Assembly (NCBI RefSeq): GCF_000155895.1
Contig: NZ_DS995298.1
Coordinates: forward strand, 150,001 to 182,000
Origin: Candidatus Pelagibacter sp. HTCC7211
Lineage (GTDB): Bacteria > Pseudomonadota > Alphaproteobacteria > Pelagibacterales > Pelagibacteraceae
Direction: 5' to 3'
DNA: 32,000 nucleotides
Under the pieces are notes generated by a model. It was given only the letters and a program-made list of their open reading frames with translations, ran no database searches and had not been told where the DNA came from. Of the stretch, positions 15,820 through 23,996 are shown piece by piece; position 1 is the stretch's first letter; every line of letters starts with the position of its first letter. The translations under genes and the position numbers were made by a program.

Positions 15820-17208
15820 ATGGCAAAAAATAAAAACAACCAGGCAATATGGGGCACGCGTATCAAGAAGAGTGCATCAAGCTTATTTCAAAAAGTTGGT
15901 AATTCAATTGATATTGATAAGCGACTATATAAAGAAGATATTAAAGGGTCAATTGCCCATGTTGAGATGTTATTTAAACAAAAAATTATTTCTTTTAAAA
16001 TCAAAAATAAAATTATCTATGGACTTACTAAAATAGAGAAAGAAATTTCTAAAAAAAAATTTGAGTTCAGTAAAAAATATGAAGATATTCATATGAATAT
16101 AGAAAAAAGACTTTTTCAAATAATAGGAGAAGAAGCAGGTTACATTCACACAGCAAGATCAAGAAATGATCAGGTAATCACTGACTTTAAAATTTGGATA
16201 AGATCCTCAACCAAGGAGATAAATATTGCAATAGATAAAGTAATTAAAAGTACGTTAAAATTAGCAGAGAAAAATATAGATACTATTATGCCTGGCTTTA
16301 CTCATCTTAAAAATGCACAGGCTATATCTTTTGCGCACTACCTTATGGCTTATGTCGAAATGTTTAACAGAGATAAAAAAAGGTTCACTAATAATTTAGA
16401 AAGTTTAGATGAAAATCCTTTAGGTGTTGCCGCACTAACAGGAACCTCTTTTAACATTGACAGAAATTATACAAGTAAAAAATTAGGATTTAAAAGACCA
16501 ACAAATAATTCCATTGACACCGTATCAGATAGAGATTTTGTTTTAGATTTTTTATATAGTGTTTCTGTATGTTCAATGCATATTTCAAGAATAGCTGAAG
16601 AGCTTATTATTTGGAGTTCAGATGGTTTTAATCTAATTCACCTTTCAGATAAAGTTGTGACAGGTTCATCAATAATGCCTCAAAAGAAAAATCCAGATCT
16701 ACTAGAATATTTAAGAGGAAAATCTGGAAGTAGTTATGGTAATTTATTTTCAATGCTTACTATTCTAAAAGGCCTTCCGCTATCTTACTTTAAGGATCTT
16801 CAAGATGATAAAGAGATTGTTTTTAAATCAAATGATACTTTGATTAACTGTCTTAAAATCTTTGATGAAATACTTAAAAATACCAGTGCTAATAAAAAAA
16901 AGATGCTTGAACTAGCGAGCTCTGGGTACATCACAGCAACTGACTTGGCAGATTATCTTGTAAGAAATCATTCAATGTCTTTTAGAAAAGCTTATCAAAA
17001 AACAGCAGCTATAGTTAATTTGGCTGAAAAAAAGAAAAAGAAACTTGATGAATTAAGTATAGAGGAATTAAAAAAGATTGAACCAAAGTTAACAAATGAT
17101 GTTTTAAAAGTGTTTGATTTGAAGAATTCCGTTAATTCGAAAAAATCTTATGGAGGAACATCTTTTGATAATATTAAAAAAATGATAATAAAATATAAAA
17201 AACATTAA
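15820..17208 (+). CDS. argH: Argininosuccinate lyase
   Basis: 462-aa ORF. It has TARSRNDQV, GFTHLKNAQ and the fumarate-lyase signature GSSIMPQKKNPD. Confidence 0.95.
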   Translation: MAKNKNNQAIWGTRIKKSASSLFQKVGNSIDIDKRLYKEDIKGSIAHVEMLFKQKIISFKIKNKIIYGLTKIEKEISKKKFEFSKKYEDIHMNIEKRLFQIIGEEAGYIHTARSRNDQVITDFKIWIRSSTKEINIAIDKVIKSTLKLAEKNIDTIMPGFTHLKNAQAISFAHYLMAYVEMFNRDKKRFTNNLESLDENPLGVAALTGTSFNIDRNYTSKKLGFKRPTNNSIDTVSDRDFVLDFLYSVSVCSMHISRIAEELIIWSSDGFNLIHLSDKVVTGSSIMPQKKNPDLLEYLRGKSGSSYGNLFSMLTILKGLPLSYFKDLQDDKEIVFKSNDTLINCLKIFDEILKNTSANKKKMLELASSGYITATDLADYLVRNHSMSFRKAYQKTAAIVNLAEKKKKKLDELSIEELKKIEPKLTNDVLKVFDLKNSVNSKKSYGGTSFDNIKKMIIKYKKH

Positions 17209-17339
17209 TGATAAAAAAAATAAGCTTAATTATTTTGTGTTACTGCCTAATTGTTTCTTGTGGAAAAAAAGGGGATCCTGAATACAAAGAACCAGAAAAA
17301 AAGGCTGAATTTAAAACTATCCTTATTAATAAGGTTTAA
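17208..17339 (+). CDS. 43-aa mini-lipoprotein (YifL/LptM-like), MIKKISLIILCYCLIVSCGKKGDPEYKEPEKKAEFKTILINKV
   Basis: Not in the ORF track (too short). The lipobox IVSC is followed by GKKG, as in the small LPAM/YifL-type lipoproteins found next to lysA or dapF in proteobacteria. Its ATG overlaps the argH stop (TAATG) and its stop overlaps the lysA ATG (TAATG), so it exactly fills the gap. Confidence 0.6.
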   Translation: MIKKISLIILCYCLIVSCGKKGDPEYKEPEKKAEFKTILINKV

Positions 17340-18553
17340 TGAAATACATTGATAACAAACTTATAATTGAGAAAATTAATGTCCAGTATATTGCAAAAAA
17401 ATATGGCACACCAACCTATTGCTATTCTCATGCAAGATTGAAAAAAAATATTAATAATTTTCAAAAAAATTTTAGATCTTTTTCTCCGTTAATTTGTTTT
17501 GCGGTTAAATCTAACACTAATGTTAACCTTATAAGAGAAATAAAAAAATTTGGACTTGGGGCAGATGTGGTATCAAAGGGAGAGCTCATGATGGCTTTAA
17601 AAGCTGGTGTGAGCCCAAAAAAAATTGTTTTTTCAGGAGTTGGTAAAACATCTGAAGAAATAAATTTTGCAGTAGAAAAAAAAATATTATTAATTAATGC
17701 TGAATCTGAAAGTGAAATAAGAGAAATTGATAGAGTCGCTAAAATAAAAAAAAGAAAAGTAAAAATTGGTATCAGGTTAAATCCAAATACAGATGCAAAA
17801 ACCTTAAGTCAAATTTCAACTGGAAAAAAAGATAATAAATTTGGGGTAAATGAAAAAACATTTTTTAAATTAGTTAACTTTTGTAAAAGTTCAAAAAATA
17901 TCGACCTTAAATGTCTTAGTGTTCATATTGGAAGTCAAATTTTAGATTACAAGCCTTATGAAAAAATGCTTAAAGTAATCGATAGAATAATACATAAAAT
18001 TAATCATAAGTTTGAATTCATTGATCTTGGTGGTGGTATGGGAATTTCATACAAATACGAAGATAAAAAACTTAATTATTCAAAATACAGTGAAATAATA
18101 AAAAAATTTTTAAAAAAACATAAATCAAAAATTATATTTGAACCAGGGAGATCAATAATAGGAGATACTGGAATTCTTATTTCTAAAATAATTTACATTA
18201 AAAAAAATGATTCAAAAAATTTTATAATTTTAGATGCAGCTATGAATGATTTAATGAGACCAGCATTATACGGAGCACATCATAAAATTCTACCATCTAT
18301 AAAAAGTAAAAAAAAATCCAATAAAACTTACGAATTTGTTGGACCAATATGTGAAAGTACAGATAAATTTAATACTTTAAAAAATTTTCAAGAATTAGAA
18401 GAGAAAGATTTAATCGTAATATGCGATGTTGGGGCTTATGGAATGTCCCTTAGCTCTAATTACAATGTTAGATTAAAACCATCAGAAATATTAATTAAAG
18501 GATCAAAAATTAAAATTATAAGAAAAAAACAAAAGTACAAAGACTTGATGTAA
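17339..18553 (+). CDS. lysA: Diaminopimelate decarboxylase
   Basis: 404-aa ORF. The PLP-lysine context is CFAVKSN, with GGGMGI, EPGRSI and CESTD motifs of the group IV decarboxylases. Confidence 0.93.
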   Translation: MKYIDNKLIIEKINVQYIAKKYGTPTYCYSHARLKKNINNFQKNFRSFSPLICFAVKSNTNVNLIREIKKFGLGADVVSKGELMMALKAGVSPKKIVFSGVGKTSEEINFAVEKKILLINAESESEIREIDRVAKIKKRKVKIGIRLNPNTDAKTLSQISTGKKDNKFGVNEKTFFKLVNFCKSSKNIDLKCLSVHIGSQILDYKPYEKMLKVIDRIIHKINHKFEFIDLGGGMGISYKYEDKKLNYSKYSEIIKKFLKKHKSKIIFEPGRSIIGDTGILISKIIYIKKNDSKNFIILDAAMNDLMRPALYGAHHKILPSIKSKKKSNKTYEFVGPICESTDKFNTLKNFQELEEKDLIVICDVGAYGMSLSSNYNVRLKPSEILIKGSKIKIIRKKQKYKDLM

Positions 18554-18556
18554 CTT

Positions 18557-19267
18557 TTGATTATAATGATTAGAAACTTTATATTCTCAATTTTTTTCTT
18601 TTTAGGAATAATTTTAATTTCAATAATTTTCTTACCTGCATTTTTTTTACCTCAAAAAGTTGTTTTATTAGGTGGAAGATTAATGGGATATTGGACTGAA
18701 TTATGTTTAAAAATTTTTTTATCAATAAAAATTGTAATCAAAGGTAAGGAAAATATTATTAATAATGGAAAGTTTTTTATTGGTGCATCTCATCAATCAA
18801 TGTTTGAAACGTTTTATCTTCAAACAATTTTCAATTCTCCGGTCTTTATATTAAAAAAAGAATTATTATTAATTCCTATTTTTGGCTGGTATTTAAAAAA
18901 AATTGGATCTATTTCGATTAAAAGAAATAAAATTACTAAAGATAATTTAGGATTCTTTGAGGATATAGCTAAAATTATTTCTAGCTCAAAAAGACCACTA
19001 ATAATATTTCCTCAAGGCACAAGAGTTTTACCTCAAGAAAGACCACCTTTTAAAAAAGGTGCTTCCAGAATTTATGAAAAATTAAAGATTCCATGTCAAC
19101 CTGTTGCTATTAACTCTGGATATGTTTGGCCAAAAAAAGGTCCAAAATCAAACTGTAAAACAATTACTATTTCAATTTTAAAACCTATAGCTGCTGGACT
19201 TCCAAAAGAAGAATTTCTAAATAATTTGGAAAAGAATATATACGAAGAACTAGATTTACTTAACTAA
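18557..19267 (+). CDS. plsC: 1-acyl-sn-glycerol-3-phosphate acyltransferase
   Basis: 236-aa ORF with an N-terminal TM helix, the acyltransferase HxxxxE/D box (ASHQSMFET) and FPQGTR. The track start is TTG 18557; an ATG at 18566 is an alternative. Confidence 0.8.
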   Translation: MIIMIRNFIFSIFFFLGIILISIIFLPAFFLPQKVVLLGGRLMGYWTELCLKIFLSIKIVIKGKENIINNGKFFIGASHQSMFETFYLQTIFNSPVFILKKELLLIPIFGWYLKKIGSISIKRNKITKDNLGFFEDIAKIISSSKRPLIIFPQGTRVLPQERPPFKKGASRIYEKLKIPCQPVAINSGYVWPKKGPKSNCKTITISILKPIAAGLPKEEFLNNLEKNIYEELDLLN

Positions 19268-20376
19268 CCCTTCATTGGCATTACAACAAATATACTGTCA
19301 AAATCACCTGGATCTTTAATTAACGCTGGTGAGCCAGTATCATTAAAAAATATCTCAACTCTTTCTCCATCTAGTTGTGATGCTACATCAATTAAATATC
19401 TTGAGTTAAAACTTATCTCTAAATCATGATCAAACTTTACATTTAAAGTTTCCTTACCGTCTCCACTATTTGTATTATTAACTGAGAGATCCAAAATATC
19501 TTTTGATAAATTAAATTTTACTCCATCTTTTTTATCTAAGGAAACAGATGCAACTCTATCAACTGAATTAAGAAATAATTTAAGATCTATTTCTAATTTT
19601 TTTTGGTTATTTTTTGGTATCACTTGAATATAGTTTGGAAATTTTCCATCAATCAATTTAGAAATCAAAATACTGTTATTTAATTCGAACTTAATTTTCG
19701 ATTTAAGATTAGAAACTTTTACATCTCCGTCATAACTATCCAATAATGAACATAACTGAAAGATTGTTTTTTTTGGAAGTATAATAGGTTCAAAATCAAT
19801 TTTTTGACCTAGTCTAATTTTTGAAATTGACATTCGATGACTATCGGTAGCAACAGCAGTCAAATAGTTTTTATCTTCAACTTCAGTTTGGTGGAAATAT
19901 ATGCCACTTAAATAATGTCTAGTTTCATCATTAGAAACGGAAAATTTACATTTATTTAATAATTTTAAAAGTTGTTTTGATTTTATAACAAATTCATTTT
20001 CATTAAAATTTTCATCAGTCAATGGAAATTCTGTGGCGCTGATACAATTTAAATTAAAAATAGATTTTTCTGACTCTACTTGTAATTTACTTATATCTGT
20101 TAATGAAAGATTAATTTTTTTTCCTGAAGAAAACTTTCTAACAATGTCATACATAATTGAAGAAGTAGTGGTAGTTTTTCCTTCTTCTAATACTTCAATA
20201 TTGTTTAACTGATGAACAAATATTAAATCTAAATCTGTTGCTGTAATTGTTAATTTTGAATTACTAACATCTAATAAAATATTTGATAAAATTGGAAGAG
20301 TACTTCTTTTTTCAATAACTCCCTGGCAGTAATTTAAAGCTTGTTGAAGATCTTGTTGATTAACGTTAAATTTCAT
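19264..20376 (-). CDS. dnaN: DNA polymerase III beta sliding clamp
   Basis: 370-aa ORF with PILSNILL, ATDSHRMS and the LIDGKFPNY motif. It lies immediately downstream of dnaA and overlaps it by 11 nt. Confidence 0.95.
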   Translation of the reverse strand: MKFNVNQQDLQQALNYCQGVIEKRSTLPILSNILLDVSNSKLTITATDLDLIFVHQLNNIEVLEEGKTTTTSSIMYDIVRKFSSGKKINLSLTDISKLQVESEKSIFNLNCISATEFPLTDENFNENEFVIKSKQLLKLLNKCKFSVSNDETRHYLSGIYFHQTEVEDKNYLTAVATDSHRMSISKIRLGQKIDFEPIILPKKTIFQLCSLLDSYDGDVKVSNLKSKIKFELNNSILISKLIDGKFPNYIQVIPKNNQKKLEIDLKLFLNSVDRVASVSLDKKDGVKFNLSKDILDLSVNNTNSGDGKETLNVKFDHDLEISFNSRYLIDVASQLDGERVEIFFNDTGSPALIKDPGDFDSIFVVMPMKG

Positions 20377-21775
20377 TATCTTTATTATTATATAGTATCT
20401 GATTTTTTAGCTTATTGATATTATCAACCATCTCGGGGTCCTTTTCCTTAATCTTTTCAATAGTTTTTACCGAATGGATTATTGTTGTATGGTCTCTATT
20501 AGAAAATTCTCTACCTATTTCAGGTAAAGATTTTGATGTTAAAATTTTTGTCAAATATATAGCTGTTTGCCTTGGTCTAACTAAGTATCTTGATCTCCTT
20601 GATGACAACATCTCATTTTTACTAATCTTAAAAAACTTACAAACTATTGTCTGTATTAAATCAATTGTAACTTTATTTTCAGCTAGGTTTAATAAGTCTT
20701 TTAAAATGACCTTTGTTTCAGACAAATTAGGAGCCTTATTATATATTCTTGAAAACGAAACTACTCTATTTATTGCACCAACAAGCTCTCTAATGCTTGC
20801 TGTAATTTCTCTACTGATAAAATCTTGTATATCTTTAGAAACTTGTAGCTGATCTGCATACAAACTATTTAATTCTTCAGTTTTCTTTTCAACAATTTTT
20901 TTTCTTAGTTCAAGGTCAGGTTTTTGAATATCAACCACCAAACCACCCGAAAATCTAGATTTAATTCTATCTTGAATTCTTGAGAGTTTATTTGGAGCTC
21001 TGTCAGCTGACACAATTATTTGTGACCCTTTATCTAACAATGCGTTAAATGTATGAAAAAATTCCTCCTGCATAGCTTCCTTACCACTAATAAATTGAAT
21101 ATCATCAATTAACAAAATATCTGTATTTCTAAAATATTCTTTAAACTTAACCATATCATTTGCTTTTATTGATTTTACAAATTGATACATAAAACGTTCT
21201 GCAGAAATGAACATTACTTTATTATTATCTTTTAGCTCTAAACCAATGGAGTTTAAAAGATGAGTTTTTCCCATACCAACTCCTCCATAGATATAAAGTG
21301 GATTATAATGCGATGTGTTTTCAGAAACTTTTAAAGATGCTTCGTAAGCAAGTTTATTGCTAGTACCTATTATAAAATTATCAAATCTTTTATTAGGATC
21401 AATTCTATTATATTGGAGATACGAGTCTTTTATAAAAGAAACATTCTCATTTCTTTCTATAGGTTTTTTAATATCTTCATTTATGTTTTGTGATTTATCT
21501 TGATCATCTATTTTAAATTCAATTCTGATAATATCTTTTTTATATAATCGAATAATTTGTAAAATTTGATCCAAGTATCTAGAAGTGATCCAGTCACGAA
21601 TAAATCTTGTTGGAACTGATAACAAAAGATAATTATTAAATTCGTCTACAAATGTAATTTTTTTTAGCCAGCTTTCATAAATGTCTAAACCCAATTTATT
21701 TTTCATCTCGTTTTGAACTAACTTCCAGTCAAAACTTTCAGGATTTAAATTGTTAATATTTGTAGATTTATTCAT
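20366..21775 (-). CDS. dnaA: Chromosomal replication initiator protein DnaA
   Basis: 469-aa ORF. It has Walker A GGVGMGKTHL, LLIDDIQF, a sensor region, and the C-terminal DNA-binding signature SLPEIGREFSNRDHTTIIHSVKTI. Confidence 0.97.
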   Translation of the reverse strand: MNKSTNINNLNPESFDWKLVQNEMKNKLGLDIYESWLKKITFVDEFNNYLLLSVPTRFIRDWITSRYLDQILQIIRLYKKDIIRIEFKIDDQDKSQNINEDIKKPIERNENVSFIKDSYLQYNRIDPNKRFDNFIIGTSNKLAYEASLKVSENTSHYNPLYIYGGVGMGKTHLLNSIGLELKDNNKVMFISAERFMYQFVKSIKANDMVKFKEYFRNTDILLIDDIQFISGKEAMQEEFFHTFNALLDKGSQIIVSADRAPNKLSRIQDRIKSRFSGGLVVDIQKPDLELRKKIVEKKTEELNSLYADQLQVSKDIQDFISREITASIRELVGAINRVVSFSRIYNKAPNLSETKVILKDLLNLAENKVTIDLIQTIVCKFFKISKNEMLSSRRSRYLVRPRQTAIYLTKILTSKSLPEIGREFSNRDHTTIIHSVKTIEKIKEKDPEMVDNINKLKNQILYNNKDNEI

Positions 21776-22085
21776 AACTTATTGGAAAATCTCAGTTAGA
21801 ACTAATTAAAAAAATTTGCAACAATTTAATAAAAAAATTAAAAAAAAAATAAAATCTATGATTGTAGTTTTTTAATTTTAAAAAAATTAAATTTAAAAAA
21901 AATAATTTTTAAATCTTTAAAAAATTATATTCACAATTGAATCGAATGTAGATTGAATCAAACATAGATTGAATATAATCTATTAATAATTTACTAAGTC
22001 TAAATGTAGTGATGGAAAAATAATTTTTGAGTATATGCAGTGGATACTAAAAGTTGTCTTTTAAAAAGATAAATTAAAAAAAAAA
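21776..22085. promoter_or_regulatory. Extremely AT-rich dnaA upstream / dnaA-rpsT intergenic region: the dnaA promoter region and a candidate replication-origin-associated element
   Basis: This is a 310-bp non-coding region with long A/T tracts. It has three phased ATTGAAT repeats and two degenerate DnaA-box-like 9-mers: ATATTCACA at 21927-21935, and GTATCCACT read on the minus strand at 22039-22047, each 7/9 to TTATCCACA. Confidence 0.35.
21936..21974 (+). repeat. Three direct ATTGAAT repeats at an exact 16-bp spacing
   Basis: Copies lie at 21936-21942 (cacaATTGAATcgaatg), 21952-21958 (gtagATTGAATcaaaca) and 21968-21974 (atagATTGAATataatc). Copies 2 and 3 share the longer unit TAGATTGAAT. 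Confidence 0.75.
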
Positions 22086-22346
22086 TTAGATTGCAGATAT
22101 CTTTTTAGTAATTCTAGAAACATTTCTTGATGCATTTTGCTTTTTAATGATCCCAGTTTTAGCAATCTTCATTAATTCAGAATTCAATTTAGGCAAGAAT
22201 TTTAAAGCTTCGTCTTTCTTTTTATCTTCAATCAGAAGGTTCATTTTCTTTAAAGCATTTCTAAATCTGCTTTTTCTTACTTTATTTACAGCTGTTTGTT
22301 TAGAAATTCTTCTAATTCTCTTAATTGCTGATTTTGTGTTTGCCAT
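22086..22346 (-). CDS. rpsT: 30S ribosomal protein S20
   Basis: MANTKSAIKRIRRISKQTAVNKVRKSRFRN... is a canonical S20 N-terminus. The track ORF extends to 22409, but that adds a non-homologous 21-aa leader overlapping the mutM 3' end. I start at ATG 22346. Confidence 0.9.
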   Translation of the reverse strand: MANTKSAIKRIRRISKQTAVNKVRKSRFRNALKKMNLLIEDKKKDEALKFLPKLNSELMKIAKTGIIKKQNASRNVSRITKKISAI

Positions 22347-22355
22347 ATCCGCAGG

Positions 22356-22384
22356 GGTATAGCTTGAGAATTTAAAGTGGTCAA
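22356..22384 (-). promoter_or_regulatory. Candidate sigma-70-type rpsT promoter, TTGACC-N17-TATACC
   Basis: On the minus strand the -35 TTGACC is at 22384-22379 and the -10 TATACC is at 22361-22356, with a 17-nt spacer. Only 9 nt separate the -10 from the ATG, which implies a leaderless or near-leaderless transcript. Confidence 0.4.
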
Positions 22385-22396
22385 TAAAATAATTGG

Positions 22397-23260
22397 CTAT
22401 TTTTGACAAGATTCACAAAAAAAAGTTGATCTATTTGAGCTTATTTTTTTTTTTATAAGATCGGTGCATCTAAAATTTTTACACTTCATGCCTTGTTGCT
22501 GATAAACTTTAAATTCATTTTGAAATCCTCCCTTTGAACCTGACGTATTTTTAAAATCCCTTATGCTGGAACCTCCTTTACTTATAGCTTTTAAAAGAAT
22601 TTTTTTTGAATTTAATATAATTTTTTTACATTCTTCTTTACTCAAAAAACATACTTTTCTATAAGGGTGTATTTTACTTTTAAATAGTATCTCGCTTGCA
22701 TAAATATTTCCTACCCCTGATATAAATTTTTGATCAAGCAAAAGATTTTTAATATCTCTATTTTTATACTTAAAGTAATTATAAACATAATTTAAATCAA
22801 AATTTAAATCGAATGGTTCTGGACCAAGATGATTAAATCTTTCTTTTAAATTTTTTTTATTTTTTATAATCTGAAAAAAACCAAATCTTCTTGGGTCATT
22901 ATAAACAACCTTAAATTTTTCAAAAATAATCTCTACATGATTATGTTTTTTTGGAAGGGTTGGAGAATTATAAAAACTTGTATTCGTAATTATATTATTC
23001 ATCTTATTTTCAATGATATGAATAGTACCCGACATGCCTAAATGAATTAAACAATAGATACTTTTTGAAAGATATAAAATTAAGTATTTAGAAAATCTTT
23101 CCACTTTAATTATTTTCTTATTTTCAAAATAGCTGCTAAAATTCAATGGGATTTTAAATCTTAAATTTCTATTTCTAACTATTACCTTTTTTACCTTTTT
23201 TTGTTTAATTTTTTTATTTAATGACTGTCTTACAATTTCTACTTCTGGTAATTCTGGCAT
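22397..23260 (-). CDS. mutM: Formamidopyrimidine-DNA glycosylase (Fpg/MutM)
   Basis: 287-aa ORF with the N-terminal MPELPEVE catalytic motif, an H2TH region, and a C-terminal zinc finger (C..C...C..C: CKNFRC...FFCESCQ). Confidence 0.95.
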   Translation of the reverse strand: MPELPEVEIVRQSLNKKIKQKKVKKVIVRNRNLRFKIPLNFSSYFENKKIIKVERFSKYLILYLSKSIYCLIHLGMSGTIHIIENKMNNIITNTSFYNSPTLPKKHNHVEIIFEKFKVVYNDPRRFGFFQIIKNKKNLKERFNHLGPEPFDLNFDLNYVYNYFKYKNRDIKNLLLDQKFISGVGNIYASEILFKSKIHPYRKVCFLSKEECKKIILNSKKILLKAISKGGSSIRDFKNTSGSKGGFQNEFKVYQQQGMKCKNFRCTDLIKKKISSNRSTFFCESCQK

Positions 23261-23291
23261 TTGATACTATATTGAATATAATTTTTTTTTT

Positions 23292-23996
23292 ATGCAACAA
23301 TATCTTCAAAATAAAAAAGGGCTAGTAGATGGTGTTTTTGATCAGGTATACAATAAATATGACTTGATGAACGACTTTATGTCTTTGGGTGTTCATAGAT
23401 TTTGGAAAAAAAGTCTAATTAATATGATGAACCCCTCTTTAAATAAAAATTTAATAGATGTTGCGTGTGGTACCGGTGACATTGGTAAGCTTTTTTTAGA
23501 TAGTACTGATAAAGATATGAGGGTCACTTGTGTTGATCCAAATAGAGGAATGCTGGAACAAGGTAAAAAAAAATTGTCAAAGTATAAAAATATAAAATGG
23601 ATAATTTCACCAGCAGAAAAACTACCGTTGCCAGATAATACTTTTGACTTTTATACTATAAGTTTTGGTCTTAGAAATACCAAAAACTTAAATAAAGCTC
23701 TGTCGGAGGCTTACAGGGTTTTAAAACCAGGTGGACGTTATCTGTGCCTTGAATTTTCTAAAATTCAGAATTCAAATTTAGATTTTATCTATAAAAATTA
23801 TTCAAAATTAATTCCAATTATTGGTGAATTTGTTGTTGGTGAAAAAGAGCCGTATGAATATTTGGTGAAGAGTATTGAACAATTTATTAATCAAGAGGAG
23901 TTGATTGATTTAATGAAAAAAAATAATTTTCATAAATGCGCATATAGAAATTTTTCTGGAGGAATTGTTTCAATTCATACTGGATGGAAGTTATAA
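23292..23996 (+). CDS. ubiE: Ubiquinone/menaquinone biosynthesis C-methyltransferase UbiE
   Basis: 234-aa ORF with the YDLMND motif, the SAM-binding DVACGTGD, and FGLRN and LKPGGR motifs. Confidence 0.9.
   Translation: MQQYLQNKKGLVDGVFDQVYNKYDLMNDFMSLGVHRFWKKSLINMMNPSLNKNLIDVACGTGDIGKLFLDSTDKDMRVTCVDPNRGMLEQGKKKLSKYKNIKWIISPAEKLPLPDNTFDFYTISFGLRNTKNLNKALSEAYRVLKPGGRYLCLEFSKIQNSNLDFIYKNYSKLIPIIGEFVVGEKEPYEYLVKSIEQFINQEELIDLMKKNNFHKCAYRNFSGGIVSIHTGWKL

Noticed and set aside
21776-22085. CtrA boxes (TTAA-N7-TTAA) and enrichment of CcrM GANTC methylation sites in the dnaA upstream region.
   Set aside because: Many TTAA tetramers are present, but I found none with the required N7 spacing; the closest was N8, at 21826/21838. 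Only two GANTC sites are present (21939 and 21955). That is about what base composition predicts for 310 bp, and both are simply part of the ATTGAATC repeat.
22021-22085. A terminator for rpsT (CTTTTTAAAAG / AAAAGACAACTTTT).
   Set aside because: It has only 4-5 A/T-dominated base pairs and no GC core, so it is too weak to call. It also overlaps the DnaA-box-like site.
22347-22409. The longer start (22409) for rpsT.
   Set aside because: The canonical S20 N-terminus, MANTKSAIKR, begins at 22346. The extension overlaps the mutM 3' end and contains the predicted rpsT promoter.
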